A DNA stretch of 64,000 nucleotides from Neodothiora populina. Taxonomy: Eukaryota. Within the stretch, counting starts at the first letter, position 1; each line of letters begins with the position of its first letter. Made by a program: the position numbers and the translations under genes. Under the pieces are notes generated by a model. That model saw only the letters and a list, made by a program, of their open reading frames with translations, made no database searches and was not told the DNA's origin. The stretch lies in NCBI RefSeq assembly GCF_041146345.1, contig NW_027191413.1, positions 2,666,001 through 2,730,000 of the forward strand, written 5' to 3'. Positions 63,268-64,000 of this stretch are shown piece by piece.

Positions 63268-64000
63268 TGGAATTGGGTCTTTCTTCTGTGCTTGCGTGGG
63301 GGCTGTCATTGGTTATTGTTTTTTGGTCCTCGTTTCACGACTGGTCAGGGTGAGGAGGGGGGTCTATCTTGTTCTTTTGCGATGATTTGCTTCTCCTTAG
63401 CGTTCGGTCTCACTCATGTATACATAATAGAGAAATGGAGGTCATGGTGATGCTATAGGCGGCAAAGAAAAACCAATGTGTGCGTCTCGTATCTATTATT
63501 ATGTTTCTGTTTCGAAGTTCATCTGATCATTGTCTATCCTGTTGCCTAACGATGGACTCCCTATGTCTTTAGCCTCGGTGCCTATTGATGTAATTGTGCC
63601 GTGGTATCAAGCATGCACCAACGAAATTCCGTAGAGCCATTGGAAGTTGCCAACCCTCGATTGAAGAGAGGGTAGCCCTGGGAAAACGCCGTTCCATTCA
63701 TCCTCTGCACTCCATCCGGTATCCCTCCGGGGTATCTCCGGACGCTCAAGCGTGATAACCTCCAACCAAAACTCCAAAACGAAAAGAATGAAAATAACGG
63801 AAGACTCAGTACCTCTGCACGACAGGCGTAGGCGTCCCACTCTGGGCGGCCAGTTCCCTGACTCTCCCCATCAATCGACTCACAGGCAACCAGGGAGCCT
63901 GCATGCGCCTCACTAGTTGCACTCTCTGGTCGTCATCAAATGTGTGAGAGCGCTGATGATCAGCGATAATGGCCTGTGATGCGGGTTCCGAAGCAGCATA

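Overview
Fungal nuclear DNA: intron-rich Pezizomycotina genes, probably Dothideomycete (inferred from gene style only). It holds about 23 recognisable genes, including HID1/ECM30, a CID-domain protein, a GPI cell-wall protein, VPS1, glucosidase II alpha, NDK, an RfeF-like VWA protein, FBA1, a Gfo/Idh/MocA oxidoreductase, an Slx5-like RING protein, PRP19, PWP2, septin CDC12, SRP54, RRP15, a Ca3427-like PBP2 protein, PPX1, an ARO80-like factor, TOM22, EBP2 and HSBP1, plus one tRNA-Trp. Two accessory pockets interrupt the housekeeping genes. (i) 19.5-20.9 kb is a tandem pair of decayed orphan paralogs. (ii) 28.1-39.0 kb holds two paralogs sharing an unrecognised ~180-aa domain, two minisatellites, and a 2-kb scrambled locus. 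In that locus, fragments of a multi-C2H2 zinc-finger gene lie in both orientations between four copies of a ~130-150-bp repeat, ending in a long hairpin. Other notable points: the VWA gene appears to have two mutually exclusive N-termini (one with a myristoylation-type start), and the tRNA-Trp has only a 4-bp anticodon stem. Exon boundaries were read by eye and no database searches were run.
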